Origin: an uncultured Actinomycetota bacterium
Lineage (GTDB): Bacteria; Actinomycetota; UBA4738; HRBIN12
Length of the DNA: 64,000 nucleotides
NCBI GenBank assembly: GCA_963778505.1
Contig: CAVZUH010000004.1
Span: forward strand, 717,607 to 781,606
Reading direction: 5' to 3'
In this document: piece after piece, positions 10,271 through 19,982 of the stretch
Layout: each line of letters starts with the position of its first letter
Numbering within the stretch: position 1 is the first letter of the stretch
The notes under the pieces: model-generated
Seen by the model: only the letters and a program-made list of their open reading frames with translations
Database searches by the model: none
Told to the model about the DNA's origin: nothing
Program-made: the position numbers and the translations under genes

Positions 10271-11233
10271 TCACGGAACAACGGTAGCCGACTCGGGACT
10301 GGATGATCCGACGTCCGTGGTCTCGCGGCGCGAGGTCAGATAGGCGCCGAGGATCACCAGCGCCACCCCCACGACCGCGATCGACCCCACCTCGTCGTGG
10401 CGGAAGAGCATCCCGAGCGCGAGGGCGACCACCGGGATCAGGTAGCCCACGATCGAAGCCCTCGTCGGCCCCACCCTCCCCACGAGTCTCCCCATCAGCA
10501 CGAAGGCCACACCGGTGCCGAGGATGCCCACGGCCCCGGTCGCGGCCAGCGCTGACCAGGCGAAGCGAGAACCGGGAATCGAGAGCAGGCCGAGCGGGGC
10601 AGTGAGGACCGCGCCGATCGTGAGGATCCGCGCCATCACCGGCAGCGACCCGTATCGCTGCTGGAGCGGCGTGGCCACGTTGAACGCGATGCCGTAGCAG
10701 ATCGTCGCGACGAGGATGAGGACCACGCCGACGACCTGGCTGGGACCCTCCCCGGCAGCGGACAGAGCGATCGCGGCAACACCGAGGAAGCCGAGAGGTA
10801 TCCCGATGAGCTGGCGCGAGCCGGGAGGTCGTCGGAGCAGGATCGTCGCGATGACGGCGGTGAAGATAGGGGCCGCCCCGTTGAGCATCCCCGCGATCGC
10901 CGAGTTCACCGACCCCTGCGCCAGCGGGAAGAGCGTGAACGGGATCACCACCCAGGTGATCGAGAGGAGCAGCAGGCGACCCCGGTCCGCTCGGTCGATG
11001 GACGCCCGCACACCGGGGATGAGCCAGAGCGCCGACGCCCCGAACAGGATCCGGAGCCAGGTGACCAGGCCCGGCCGGAACGCCTCCAGGCCGATCGCCA
11101 TGAGCAGGAACGACGAGCCCCAGATCGTGCCGACGATCAGGAACAGCACCCAGTCCACGCCCGCGAACGCCCCACGGTGCGTACCGTGCGTGGTGGACAG
11201 CACCCGAGTACCCATCGTCCGAACAACGACCAA
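10271..11233 (-). CDS. EamA/DMT-family transporter
   Basis: Intact 320-aa ORF with about ten hydrophobic segments in two repeated halves. Confidence 0.8.
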   Translation of the reverse strand: MVVVRTMGTRVLSTTHGTHRGAFAGVDWVLFLIVGTIWGSSFLLMAIGLEAFRPGLVTWLRILFGASALWLIPGVRASIDRADRGRLLLLSITWVVIPFTLFPLAQGSVNSAIAGMLNGAAPIFTAVIATILLRRPPGSRQLIGIPLGFLGVAAIALSAAGEGPSQVVGVVLILVATICYGIAFNVATPLQQRYGSLPVMARILTIGAVLTAPLGLLSIPGSRFAWSALAATGAVGILGTGVAFVLMGRLVGRVGPTRASIVGYLIPVVALALGMLFRHDEVGSIAVVGVALVILGAYLTSRRETTDVGSSSPESATVVP

Positions 11234-11235
11234 CG

Positions 11236-12198
11236 TCAGTCGATCGTGAAATAGTCCGGCCCCGCATAGCGGCCGGTGCGCTCCTTCTCGATCTGCATCA
11301 ACACATCGTTCAGGAGCGAGGACGCTCCGATCCGGAAACGATCCGGCGTCATCCAGTCGGCGCCCAAGGTCTCGTGGAGCAGGACGAGGTTCTGTATCGC
11401 CTGCTTGGCGGTGCGAACCCCACCGGCCACCTTGATGCCGACGACGCGACCGGTGTCACGGCGGAAATCGCGGATCGCCTCCATCATGCAGAGCGCCACT
11501 GGCAGCGTGGCGTTGACGGAGATCTTGCCCGTCGAGGTCTTGATGAAGTCCGCGCCCGCCGCCATCGCGAGCATGCTCGCCTGCCGGACGCGGTCGTAGG
11601 AGCCGAGCTCCCCCGTCTCGAGGATCACCTTCAGGTGGGTGGTGCCGGCCGCCTCACGAGCCGCCACGAGCTCGTCGAAGGCCTGCGCGTAGCGCCCTCC
11701 GAGGAACAGGGATCGGTTCAGCACGATGTCGATCTCATCGGCGCCGGTCTCGGCCACATGGCGGATCTCCTGCAGGCGCGCGTCGAGCGGTCCGAGGCCG
11801 CTCGGGAAGCCGCCCGCCACACTCGCGACTTTCACTCCCGTGCCTTCCAGGTGCTCGAGGGCGACCGACACGAGCTGCGGGTACAGGCAGACCGCCGCGA
11901 CGGCAGGGATCGACCGATCGACCGGGTCCGGACGGACCGCCTTCGCGCAGATCGCGACGATCTTGCCGACCGTGTCGCTCCCCTCCAAGGTCGTGAGATC
12001 CATCGACCGGATCGCGAGGTCGAGGGCCCAGAGCTTCGCGTCACGCTTGATCGAACGCTTCGCGAGCGACTCTGCCCGTTCCTCGAGACCTACTGCGTCG
12101 ACGGCGGTCGTCCGAACGGCCATCCGTACGGCCTCCACGGCCGCGACGGGCAGCGGTGCCGAGGGCCGGCTCCGCTCGATGTGCGCTGCGTGCGCCAT
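11236..12198 (-). CDS. deoC: deoxyribose-phosphate aldolase (long actinobacterial form)
   Basis: Intact 320-aa ORF with LTTLEGSDT...IDIVLNR...LKVILETGEL...FIKTSTGK. Confidence 0.88.
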   Translation of the reverse strand: MAHAAHIERSRPSAPLPVAAVEAVRMAVRTTAVDAVGLEERAESLAKRSIKRDAKLWALDLAIRSMDLTTLEGSDTVGKIVAICAKAVRPDPVDRSIPAVAAVCLYPQLVSVALEHLEGTGVKVASVAGGFPSGLGPLDARLQEIRHVAETGADEIDIVLNRSLFLGGRYAQAFDELVAAREAAGTTHLKVILETGELGSYDRVRQASMLAMAAGADFIKTSTGKISVNATLPVALCMMEAIRDFRRDTGRVVGIKVAGGVRTAKQAIQNLVLLHETLGADWMTPDRFRIGASSLLNDVLMQIEKERTGRYAGPDYFTID

Positions 12199-12254
12199 GC
12201 CTCGATGGTAGCCCAGCCGGTCGTTCCGGAACGCGGCCGGTAGGCTCCCGCCCC

Positions 12255-12605
12255 GTGACGACCGGACGTGTGCTCGCCCTCACGGCCGCGTTGCTCCTCG
12301 TCGCGTGCGGTGGCGACGAAGCGAAGCCCCCCGAAACCTGCACTGATCCGGTCACCGTGACGACGGTAGAGCTCGCGGACTTCGCGTTCCGACCCGACTG
12401 CCTGTTCGTGGATACGGGAGCCACGATCACACTCGAGAACACGGGTGACGCGATCCACACCTTCACCGTGACGGGGACCGAGGTCGACTTCAGCCTGGAC
12501 GCGGGGATCTCGATCGAGGCGAGCCTCTCGGGCGTAGGACCCGGCACCTACGCCGTGACGTGCACGCTCCACCCGCAGATGGAGGCGACCCTCACGGTCG
12601 GCTGA
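12255..12605 (+). CDS. cupredoxin-like copper-binding lipoprotein
   Basis: GTG 12255. Signal and lipobox LLLVACGG. AIHTF...CTLHPQM matches the type-1 copper H...C-x2-H-x2-M ligand pattern. Confidence 0.75.
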   Translation: MTTGRVLALTAALLLVACGGDEAKPPETCTDPVTVTTVELADFAFRPDCLFVDTGATITLENTGDAIHTFTVTGTEVDFSLDAGISIEASLSGVGPGTYAVTCTLHPQMEATLTVG

Positions 12606-12608
12606 GGC

Positions 12609-13493
12609 TCAGAACCCCAGCCGCTCCAGCGCTTTCGGATCTCGCTGCCACTCCTTGACGACCTTCACCCGAAGATCGAGGAAGACCTTGGTACCGAGCA
12701 CCAACTCCATCTCCTCGCGGGCCCGCGATCCGATCGTGCGGAGCGTTAGTCCGCCCTTGCCGATCACGATCCCTTTCTGCGAGTCACGCTCCACGATGAG
12801 GGACGCGTGGATCTTGGTGAGCCCCTCCTCGACGTCGATCTCCTCGATCATGACGGTGATGGAGTGGGGCAGCTCCTGCCGCGTGACGTGGAGCGCCTTC
12901 TCGCGGATCATCTCGGCCAGCCGCATCTCGAGCGGTAGATCGCTGATCGTCTCTTCCGGATAGAGCGCCGGCCCCTCGGGGACGAGGCCGAGGACCAGGT
13001 CCCGCAACAGCCCGATCCCCTCCCCGTCCTTCGCCGATACGGGGACGATCTCGTCGTAGTCGCCGATCTCGGCGACCGCGGCCAGCTGCGGCACGACCCC
13101 GTGCTTGCCGGTGGCGTCGATCTTGTTCACCACGGCGATCTTCGGGCACCCGTGCGGCCGGACGCGTCGTTCGTAGACGAACGCGTCGCCACGCCCGATG
13201 CCGGAGGCCGCGTCGACCACATGAAGGATCACGTCCACCCCCTCCACGGCGTTGCCAACCACGTCGTTGAGCCGGACGCCGAGCTCCGTCCGAGGCTTGT
13301 GGAATCCGGGAGTGTCGGTGAAGACCGCTTGCGCATCCTCCGTCGTCAGCACCGCGTGCAAGCCTCGACGCGTCGTCTGCGGCTTGTCCGAGACGATCGA
13401 AACCTTGTGACCGACGAGCGCGTTCACCAGCGTCGACTTGCCGACGTTCGGCCGGCCGACGACGGCGATCAGTCCGGCGCGGAACGCGCTCAT
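12609..13493 (-). CDS. era: GTPase Era
   Basis: MSAFRAGLIAVVGRPNVGKSTLVNALVGHKVSIVSDKPQTTRR... plus a KH domain tail. ATG 13493 lies inside ORF 12609..13637. Confidence 0.95.
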   Translation of the reverse strand: MSAFRAGLIAVVGRPNVGKSTLVNALVGHKVSIVSDKPQTTRRGLHAVLTTEDAQAVFTDTPGFHKPRTELGVRLNDVVGNAVEGVDVILHVVDAASGIGRGDAFVYERRVRPHGCPKIAVVNKIDATGKHGVVPQLAAVAEIGDYDEIVPVSAKDGEGIGLLRDLVLGLVPEGPALYPEETISDLPLEMRLAEMIREKALHVTRQELPHSITVMIEEIDVEEGLTKIHASLIVERDSQKGIVIGKGGLTLRTIGSRAREEMELVLGTKVFLDLRVKVVKEWQRDPKALERLGF

Positions 13494-13909
13494 CGCTCGT
13501 CGAGATCGCGGGGACCGAACGCGTGCGGGAGCAGGTCGGCCAGCGCCCAGTACCGGCGCTCGGCGCCCGATGCGGACTCGGAGATCACCGCCATCCCTTC
13601 CCCGAACTCCCATAGCACCTGGCGGCACCCTCCGCACGGCGGGGTCGGGGTCGTCTCGGCGTCAGTCACGACGGCAACCGCCCGGAGCGACGTCTCTCCC
13701 GCCGCGACGGCCATCGCCACTGCGTTGCGTTCGGCGCAGACCGACAGCGGATAACTCGCGTTCTCCATGTTCACGGCCGTGAACACTCGATCGCCGGCCA
13801 GCAGCGCCGCACCCACGTGGAAGCCGCTGTACGGTGCGTAGGCGGTCGCCCGGATCTCTCGGGCCGCAGCGAGCAGCTCGTCGATGCGTTCCGGCTCGAT
13901 CGATGTCAT
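13490..13909 (-). CDS. cdd: cytidine deaminase
   Basis: Intact 139-aa ORF with the CAERNA ... PCGGCRQ zinc-ligand motifs. Confidence 0.9.
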   Translation of the reverse strand: MTSIEPERIDELLAAAREIRATAYAPYSGFHVGAALLAGDRVFTAVNMENASYPLSVCAERNAVAMAVAAGETSLRAVAVVTDAETTPTPPCGGCRQVLWEFGEGMAVISESASGAERRYWALADLLPHAFGPRDLDER

Positions 13910-15168
13910 GTCGCCATCTCAGATCCCTGGCCGTTCTCCTCGGCCGATCGCGAGATCAGAACGCTCGCGATCCGCCGCCCCTGGACCGTCTCCGCCTTCA
14001 GTTGCAGGCCACGGAACGTGACCTCCTCGCCGGCCTCCGGCATCCGGCCGAGCAGGTCGAGCATCAGACCCGCGACCGTGTCCCATTCCTCGTCGGGCAG
14101 CTCGGCGCCCAGGAGTTCGTTCACGTCGTCGATCGAGGCCTTCCCGGAGACCCGGTACGTCCCGTCACCGAGCTGGAGCACTTCGGGTTCCTCACGGTCG
14201 TATTCGTCGGCGATCTCGCCGACCAGCTCCTCCAGGAGGTCCTCGAGCGCGACGATGCCGGTCACGGAGCCGTGCTCGTCGTAGACGAGGGCCTGGTGGA
14301 ACTTCTCTCGCTGCATCTCCTTCAGCAGCTCCGACGCCTTCTTCGATTCCGGGACGAAATGCGCCTTCCGCATGATCTCCGAGAGCGGCATGTCGCCCCT
14401 GCCCTGATGCAGGGCCTTCAGCACGTCCTTCGCGAACACGACGCCCCTCACGTCGTCGAGCGACTCGTGGTACACGGGGATCCGCGAGTACCCGTGCTCT
14501 AGGACGAGCGCCTGGACGTCGCGTAGCGTCTTGTCGTCCTCGACGGCGACGATGTCGGGGCGCGGCACCATCACCTCGCGCGCGATCGTGTCGCCGAACT
14601 CGAAGATCGAATGGATCAGCTCCTTCTCGCCCTCCTCGATCGAGCCCTCCTCCGAGCCGACCTCTGCCATCGACCGGATCTCTTCCTCGGAGACGAACGG
14701 CCCCTGCTTCAGCCCCTTGCCGGGCAGGAGCACGTTCGCGAGGCCGATCAGGAACCGTGTGGGGATCTCGAGGACGCGCCCCAGGAACCACACGATCGGT
14801 GAGAGCGCGAGCGCGACGCGATCTGCGTGCAGGACCGCGAACGTCTTGGCCATCGCCTCGACGAACAGGAAATACAGGAGCGTGAACACGAACGACCCCA
14901 GCGTCACCCAGGTATCCCCGAACTGACGCTCGGCGAGGAACGCCACGAGGATCGCCGAGCCGTTCTGCACGAACATCACCGTGAGGTACACGGCGTTCAG
15001 ATAGCGCGGCGGATCTGACTCGATCTTGACCAGCGTCTCCGCGTTCCTCCTCCCTTCCTCTTGGAGCGCGAGCGCGCGAACGCGGGACGTCCGCGTGAGC
15101 GACGCCTCGGCCGCGGCGAGCACGGAGCCGAAGAGCACCAGCCCGGCGGCGAGCGCCCACCACCACAT
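13906..15168 (-). CDS. hemolysin-family protein (DUF21-CBS pair-CorC_HlyC)
   Basis: Intact ORF, with ATG 15168 (MWWWALAAG...) preferred. TM N-terminal domain, CBS region and CorC C-terminus. Start abuts the ybeY stop. Confidence 0.88.
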   Translation of the reverse strand: MWWWALAAGLVLFGSVLAAAEASLTRTSRVRALALQEEGRRNAETLVKIESDPPRYLNAVYLTVMFVQNGSAILVAFLAERQFGDTWVTLGSFVFTLLYFLFVEAMAKTFAVLHADRVALALSPIVWFLGRVLEIPTRFLIGLANVLLPGKGLKQGPFVSEEEIRSMAEVGSEEGSIEEGEKELIHSIFEFGDTIAREVMVPRPDIVAVEDDKTLRDVQALVLEHGYSRIPVYHESLDDVRGVVFAKDVLKALHQGRGDMPLSEIMRKAHFVPESKKASELLKEMQREKFHQALVYDEHGSVTGIVALEDLLEELVGEIADEYDREEPEVLQLGDGTYRVSGKASIDDVNELLGAELPDEEWDTVAGLMLDLLGRMPEAGEEVTFRGLQLKAETVQGRRIASVLISRSAEENGQGSEMAT

Positions 15169-15655
15169 CACGGCGCGCGCACCCCGCTGTACCGCTCCTG
15201 CCGCTCCCACATCCGGGTGCGCGCGCCGTCGTCCTCGTGGTCGTAACCGAGGAGATGCAGGATCCCGTGGACCACCAGGAGCCGGAGCTCCGCATCCGGA
15301 TCGTCCGGGTTGTTCCGCTCAGCCTCGGTCGGCGCGACGACGACGTCGCCGAGGAGGCGGCGGCGGCCATCCTCGTCGGCGTCGTCCAGCGGGAAAGACA
15401 GGACGTCGGTCGGACCCGGCTCGTCCATGAACCGCTCGTGGAGTTCCGCCATCTCTGTTCCATCGACGAAGGACACCGACAGCTCCGCGCGCTCGACGCC
15501 TTCGCCCCGGAGGGTGTCGCGTGCGAGCTCGAGCAGGGCTCCTCCTCGTTGACTGGCCGGTCCTGCCGGTTGGAGATCAGGACCTTGGGCCAGGCGCTGT
15601 CCCGCGCGTCGTCGGGCAGGTCGCCTGCGACCGGATGGCCATCGTCATCCATCAC
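15168..15655 (-). CDS. ybeY: rRNA maturation endoribonuclease YbeY (one frame break near 15540)
   Basis: MMDDDGHPV...[15 protein letters not shown] in one frame. The next frame continues [27 protein letters not shown]...[11 protein letters not shown] (the H-x-x-x-H-x-x-x-x-x-H zinc motif). Confidence 0.85.
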
Positions 15656-16657
15656 TCGTCACCCCGAGGCGCTGCTGACCGTAGCGGTCGTACGCCTCGA
15701 CGATCTCCTGGACGATCTTGTGCCGAACGACGTCGCGGCCTCCCAGCCGGCAGAAGGAGATCCCACGGATCCCGGAGAGGATCTCCTCGATCACGAGGAG
15801 ACCCGATCGCTGACCGCTCGCGAGGTCTACCTGGGTGTCGTCCCCGTTCACCACGGCCTTCGATCCGAATCCGATCCTCGTGAGGAACATCTTCATCTGC
15901 TCGGGGGTCGTGTTCTGCGCCTCGTCGAGGATGATGAACGCGTCGTTCAGCGTTCGCCCCCGCATGAACGCCAGGGGCGCGACCTCCACGGTTCCTCTCT
16001 CCATCAGCCGCGAGAGGCTCTCGCCGCCGGTCATCTCGAACAGGGCGTCGTAGAGCGGGACGCATGTACGGATCGATCTTCTCGTAGAGCGTCCCCGGCA
16101 GGAACCCGAGCCGCTCCCCCGCCTCGACCGCCGGTCGCGTGAGGATCAGCCTCGAGACCTGACGATCGTGGAGGGCCCGCACCGCGGTGGCGACGGCGAG
16201 GTAGGTCTTGCCAGTGCCCGCCGGGCCGATCGCGAAGGTCACGGTGGATCGCACGCATCGCGTCGACGAAGCGCTTCTGCCCGACGGTCTTCGGTGCCAC
16301 CGACGTACCCCGGGCCGTGAGGAGCGTGTCGCCGAGCACCTCGCTCGGCGCATCGGGATCGCCTCGACGCCGTCGCTCTCCGACGCCGCCCTTGATCAGC
16401 TCGATCGTCTGGCCCACGGAGGAGTCGGAGAGGTTGTGTCCCTTCTCGAGCAGCGCCAGCAGCTCTTCGAACAGCCGCGCGAGCTGTTCGGCCTCGTGAT
16501 CGGGACCTGTGATCGTGATCTCGTTGCCCCGGACCAGGATGTCGGAGGAGAACGCGGCCTCGATCAACTTCAGGAACGCGTCCTGCTGACCCAGGAGCGC
16601 CACCATCGACTGGTGACCGGGGACGAGGATCTTCACTTGCGTGGTGGCGGCTGCCAC
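15645..16657 (-). CDS. phoH: PhoH-family ATPase (two frame breaks near 16250 and 16057)
   Basis: Three consecutive frames give [15 protein letters not shown]...QKRFVDAM, then [17 protein letters not shown]...EKIDPYMRP, then [12 protein letters not shown]...[10 protein letters not shown]... Confidence 0.85.
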
Positions 16658-16743
16658 GTGTCGCGCTCTCGGGGGTGACCCCGTTCCTCCTGTTGTCGAG
16701 AACGGGACCCGTCCGGGTCCCGTGGGCCGCATCCTATCGCTTC

Positions 16744-17094
16744 TTACCCCGGTGGCCACGCCATCGGCCTGCCGCCGAGCAGGTGGAAGTGCAGGTGGAA
16801 CACGCTCTGCCCTGCGTCGGGCCCCACGTTCGTGACGAGGCGCCACCCGGAGTCGGCGATCCCCTCGGCGTGCGCGAGCTGCGTCGCCGCCTGCGCGACG
16901 TCCGCCAGCAGGTCCCCGTGTCCGTCGTCGATGTCCGCGATCGACCGTACGTGCTCCTTGGGGATCATCAGGATGTGCGTGGGCGCCTGGGGGTTGGTAT
17001 CGCGGAACGCGACCAGCCGGTCGGACTCGCGAACGATCTCGGCGGGGATCTCACGCGCCGCGATCTTGCAGAAGAGACACGAGGTGTCCGCCAC
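16744..17094 (-). CDS. HIT-family (histidine triad) protein
   Basis: GTG 17094: VADTSCLFCKIAAREIPAEIV...VFHLHFHLLGG. The longer ORF 16744..17475 fuses it to the dnaJ tail only through a frame error. Confidence 0.85.
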   Translation of the reverse strand: MADTSCLFCKIAAREIPAEIVRESDRLVAFRDTNPQAPTHILMIPKEHVRSIADIDDGHGDLLADVAQAATQLAHAEGIADSGWRLVTNVGPDAGQSVFHLHFHLLGGRPMAWPPG

Positions 17095-17122
17095 GATCCG
17101 GAGCCTACCGCCGGCGCCAGGA

Positions 17123-18233
17123 TCAGGAACGGAACTCGGGCCGTCGCAGCGCGCGCGGCGCGGTGCCGTTCCCGCTGGCGGCGGTTCGTCCCGCAGCTGC
17201 GCGAGCCGCTCGAGCAACGAGCGCTCCTCCTTGGAGAGATCGCGTGGCGTGACGACGTGGACGGTCACGAAGAGGTCGCCGCGTCCCCGCCGCTGCAGAT
17301 GCGGCACACCTCTTGCCCCGCAGCCGCAGGACCGTCCCCGACTCGGTTCCCGCATCGATCGAGAGGCGCTCGGGTCCCTCGAAGGTCTCGATCTCGATCT
17401 CCCCACCGAGCGTGGCCTGAGTGACGGAGACGTCCAGGACGCCGAAGAGATCGTGCCCCTGCCGCTCGAACGCATCCGACGGCTCGACCTCCACGCCGAC
17501 GATCAGATCGCCCGGCGGCCCGCCGGCCACCCCCGCGTTGCCCTCGCCCGCCACGCGGAGATCCATCCCCTCAGCGACGCCTGCGGGAACATCGAAGGCG
17601 ACCGTGCCCGGGCGCGCGGACGCGACCTTCTCCCATGCAGTCCTCGCATCGATCGAGGATCTCCTCGCCGGTGCCGCCACATGCGACGCACGGCGCCGCG
17701 GTCATCACGGTGCCGAAGATGCTTCGCCGAACGCTCTGGACCTCTCCGACACCACCGCAGCGTCCGGCAGGCGATCGGCGACGTCCCCGGCTCCGCTCCA
17801 CTGCCGTGACACCGCGCGCAGCGCCGCGAGACGCTCGACCTCGATCTCCTGCTGCACGCCGAAGACCGACTCCGCGGAAGGACAGTCGGACGCGAGTGCG
17901 GAGGTCCTCGCCGCGGCGGATCCTCGACCTGGGTCCCCTCGATCGCCCGCCGAACCCGCCTCCGAAGAACATGTCGAAGAGGTCCTGGATGTCGGTGAAC
18001 GGGGCCCCCTGGGGACCGGCGGAGCCGAACTCGTCGTAGCGTCGGCGCTTGGCGGGATCGGAGAGGATCTCGTAGGCCCCGGTGATCTCCTTGAACCGCT
18101 CCTGATCGCTCGGATCGGCGTTCACGTCCGGGTGCAGCGTCCGCGCGAGCTTCCGGTAGGCAGCCTTGATCTCTGCCGGCGACGCATCTCGCCGGATGCC
18201 GAGGATCTCGTACAGGTCACGGACCGCCGCCAT
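17123..18233 (-). CDS. dnaJ: molecular chaperone DnaJ (at least 4 frame breaks)
   Basis: J domain MAAVRDLYEILGIRRDASPAEIKAAYRKLARTLHPDVN, Zn finger CGGVGEVQ...CVACGGTGE, and C-terminal domains are found in four different frames. The 3-prime end is inferred at stop 17123. Confidence 0.85.
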
Positions 18234-18235
18234 CG

Positions 18236-19292
18236 CTACGCCTCGTGCTCGGTGGCGATCTCCGAGAGCCGCTTCGCAACGGCACGGACGGACGCCATCG
18301 CCGACAGGTAGTCCATCCTGGTCGGACCGACCACCCCGATCGTTCCGACCGTGGCGTCGCCGGCCTTGAACGGTGCCGTGACGATGGAGGCCTCCCACTC
18401 GCCGGTCGTCGGATGCTCTGCGCCGATCGTGACCCACACGTCCTCGCGATCGGCCGTCACGTCCTGCAGGACCTGGAGCATCTCCTGTTCGCGCTCGAGG
18501 GTCTCGACGAGACGCCGGAGCGTCTGACGACGCCACGCCTGCGCCTCGTCCGTGAGGTTGGAGACGCCGCCGACGACGACGTGTGCGGCACCCTCCCCCT
18601 GGGTCGCGGTCCGGAGCGTCTCTGCGACATGCAGGAGGAGATCGTGGTCGGATGTGGACGCCTCGGCAGCCAGCTTCAACAAGACGAGCCTGTGCGTCGA
18701 GATAGGTCAGCCCTCGCAACGGCTGGAGCCGATCCTCGACCGATCGGAGGACATCGACATCCACCGACTCGGGTCGATCGATCACCCGCTTGTCCACGCG
18801 CCCGTGCTGGCCGACGGCCAGGATCATCACCGTGGGGCCCATGTCGATCAGCTCGAGCCGGACGATCGGCTCTTCGGCGGCGCCGGGTGGGACGGCGAGA
18901 CCCGCGTACTGCGTGAGCCGGCTCAGCAGCTGGACAGATCCCTTGAGGACCTCCTCCAGATCGAGGATGGCTTCGGCGAAGTACCCGGCGATCGCCCGCC
19001 GGTCCGAGTTCCGGAGGCGGGCGCCGTGGGGTTGGGTGTCCACGTAGTGGCGGTATCCGGTGTCGGTGGGGATGCGTCCGGCGCTCGTGTGCGGGTGGGT
19101 CAGGAACCCCAGCTCCTCGAGCGCGGCCATCTCGTTGCGGATCGTGGCGCTCGAGACGCCGAGGCCGGAGCTCTCTGCGATCGTCTCCGAGCCCACCGGC
19201 TCCCCGGAGCGAACGTACTCCTCGACCAACGCGTTGAGGACCGCCGCCTTCCGCAGACCGAGCTCGTGGTGCTGCTCCACCATGCTTCTCAT
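18236..19292 (-). CDS. hrcA: heat-inducible repressor HrcA (one frame break near 18690)
   Basis: N-terminus MRSMVEQHHELGLRKAAVLNALVEEYVRSGEPVGSETIA... (ORF 17571..19292) continues in ORF 18236..18682 (...GTIGVVGPTRMDYLSAM). Confidence 0.85.
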
Positions 19293-19296
19293 GCTA

Positions 19297-19323
19297 CTGG
19301 CACTCTCGGTGGCCGAGTGCTAG
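19297..19323. promoter_or_regulatory. CIRCE operator (HrcA binding site) upstream of hrcA-dnaJ
   Basis: CTGGCACTC-N9-GAGTGCTAG against the consensus TTAGCACTC-N9-GAGTGCTAA. Lies 5-31 nt upstream of the hrcA ATG. Confidence 0.8.
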
Positions 19324-19371
19324 GCAGCGCCGAACCCTCGTGTTCGGCCCGAAGACGCCCGTGAGGACCGA

Positions 19372-19982
19372 TCAGCACCAGTCCACGGCGTTGAGAGCAT
19401 CCAGGAGCTGGTTCGTCGCCGCCTGCGTGTCGCCGCCGCCCTGCGCCACCTGCTGGTAGGTCTCGATCGCCGCGACGACATCGTCCACGAGCGCGGCGCG
19501 GTCCGTTTCCCCCAGTCCTCTGAGAGCAGCGGCATCTTCGGTCAGCGCCTCGACGGCTCGCCCCAGAGCGTCCACCCGGAGCAGCTGGACGTCGACCAGA
19601 TCTCGGCAGACCTTCATCGCGGGTTCGGCGATCGCCGACGGCGACGTGGACGACGGGGTCGGAGTGGCGGCCTCGTCGCCACCGAGCACTTGCACGAGGG
19701 CGATCACTGCGCCGATCGCCAGGATCGACACCCGACCAGGATCGGCGGGGAGAAGCCCGCGCTCGAGATCCCTCGTCGGTTCCTCCCGTGGGGTGTCCCG
19801 CAGTTCGGACAGGTCCATGCGCGCGTGCCCGGGCGCGTGTGGAAGCGCCCGCTGCAGACCGTGCACCGTACGAAGCTCCAGGTGCCCGCGCAGACGATGC
19901 ATCGATAGCCGTCCGCGTCGGGGTCGATCTCCTGGCGCGTCTGGCACTGAGGACAGGTGATCGGGGCCATCGGCCGGCTCAT
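19372..19982 (-). CDS. zinc-ribbon single-pass membrane protein, unknown function (one frame break near 19790)
   Basis: MSRPMAPITCPQCQ...CIVCAG...CTVCSG...CPNCG (tail of ORF 19704..20735), then TM ILAIGAVIALVQVL and an extracytoplasmic helical domain (ORF 19372..19947). Confidence 0.5.

Noticed and set aside
16744-17475. 243-aa ORF that fuses the DnaJ C-terminus to the HIT protein
   Set aside because: The fusion exists only because a frame error hides the dnaJ stop (candidate at 17123). HIT has its own GTG at 17094. The same situation occurs for the comEC tail and holA in ORF 28129..29106.
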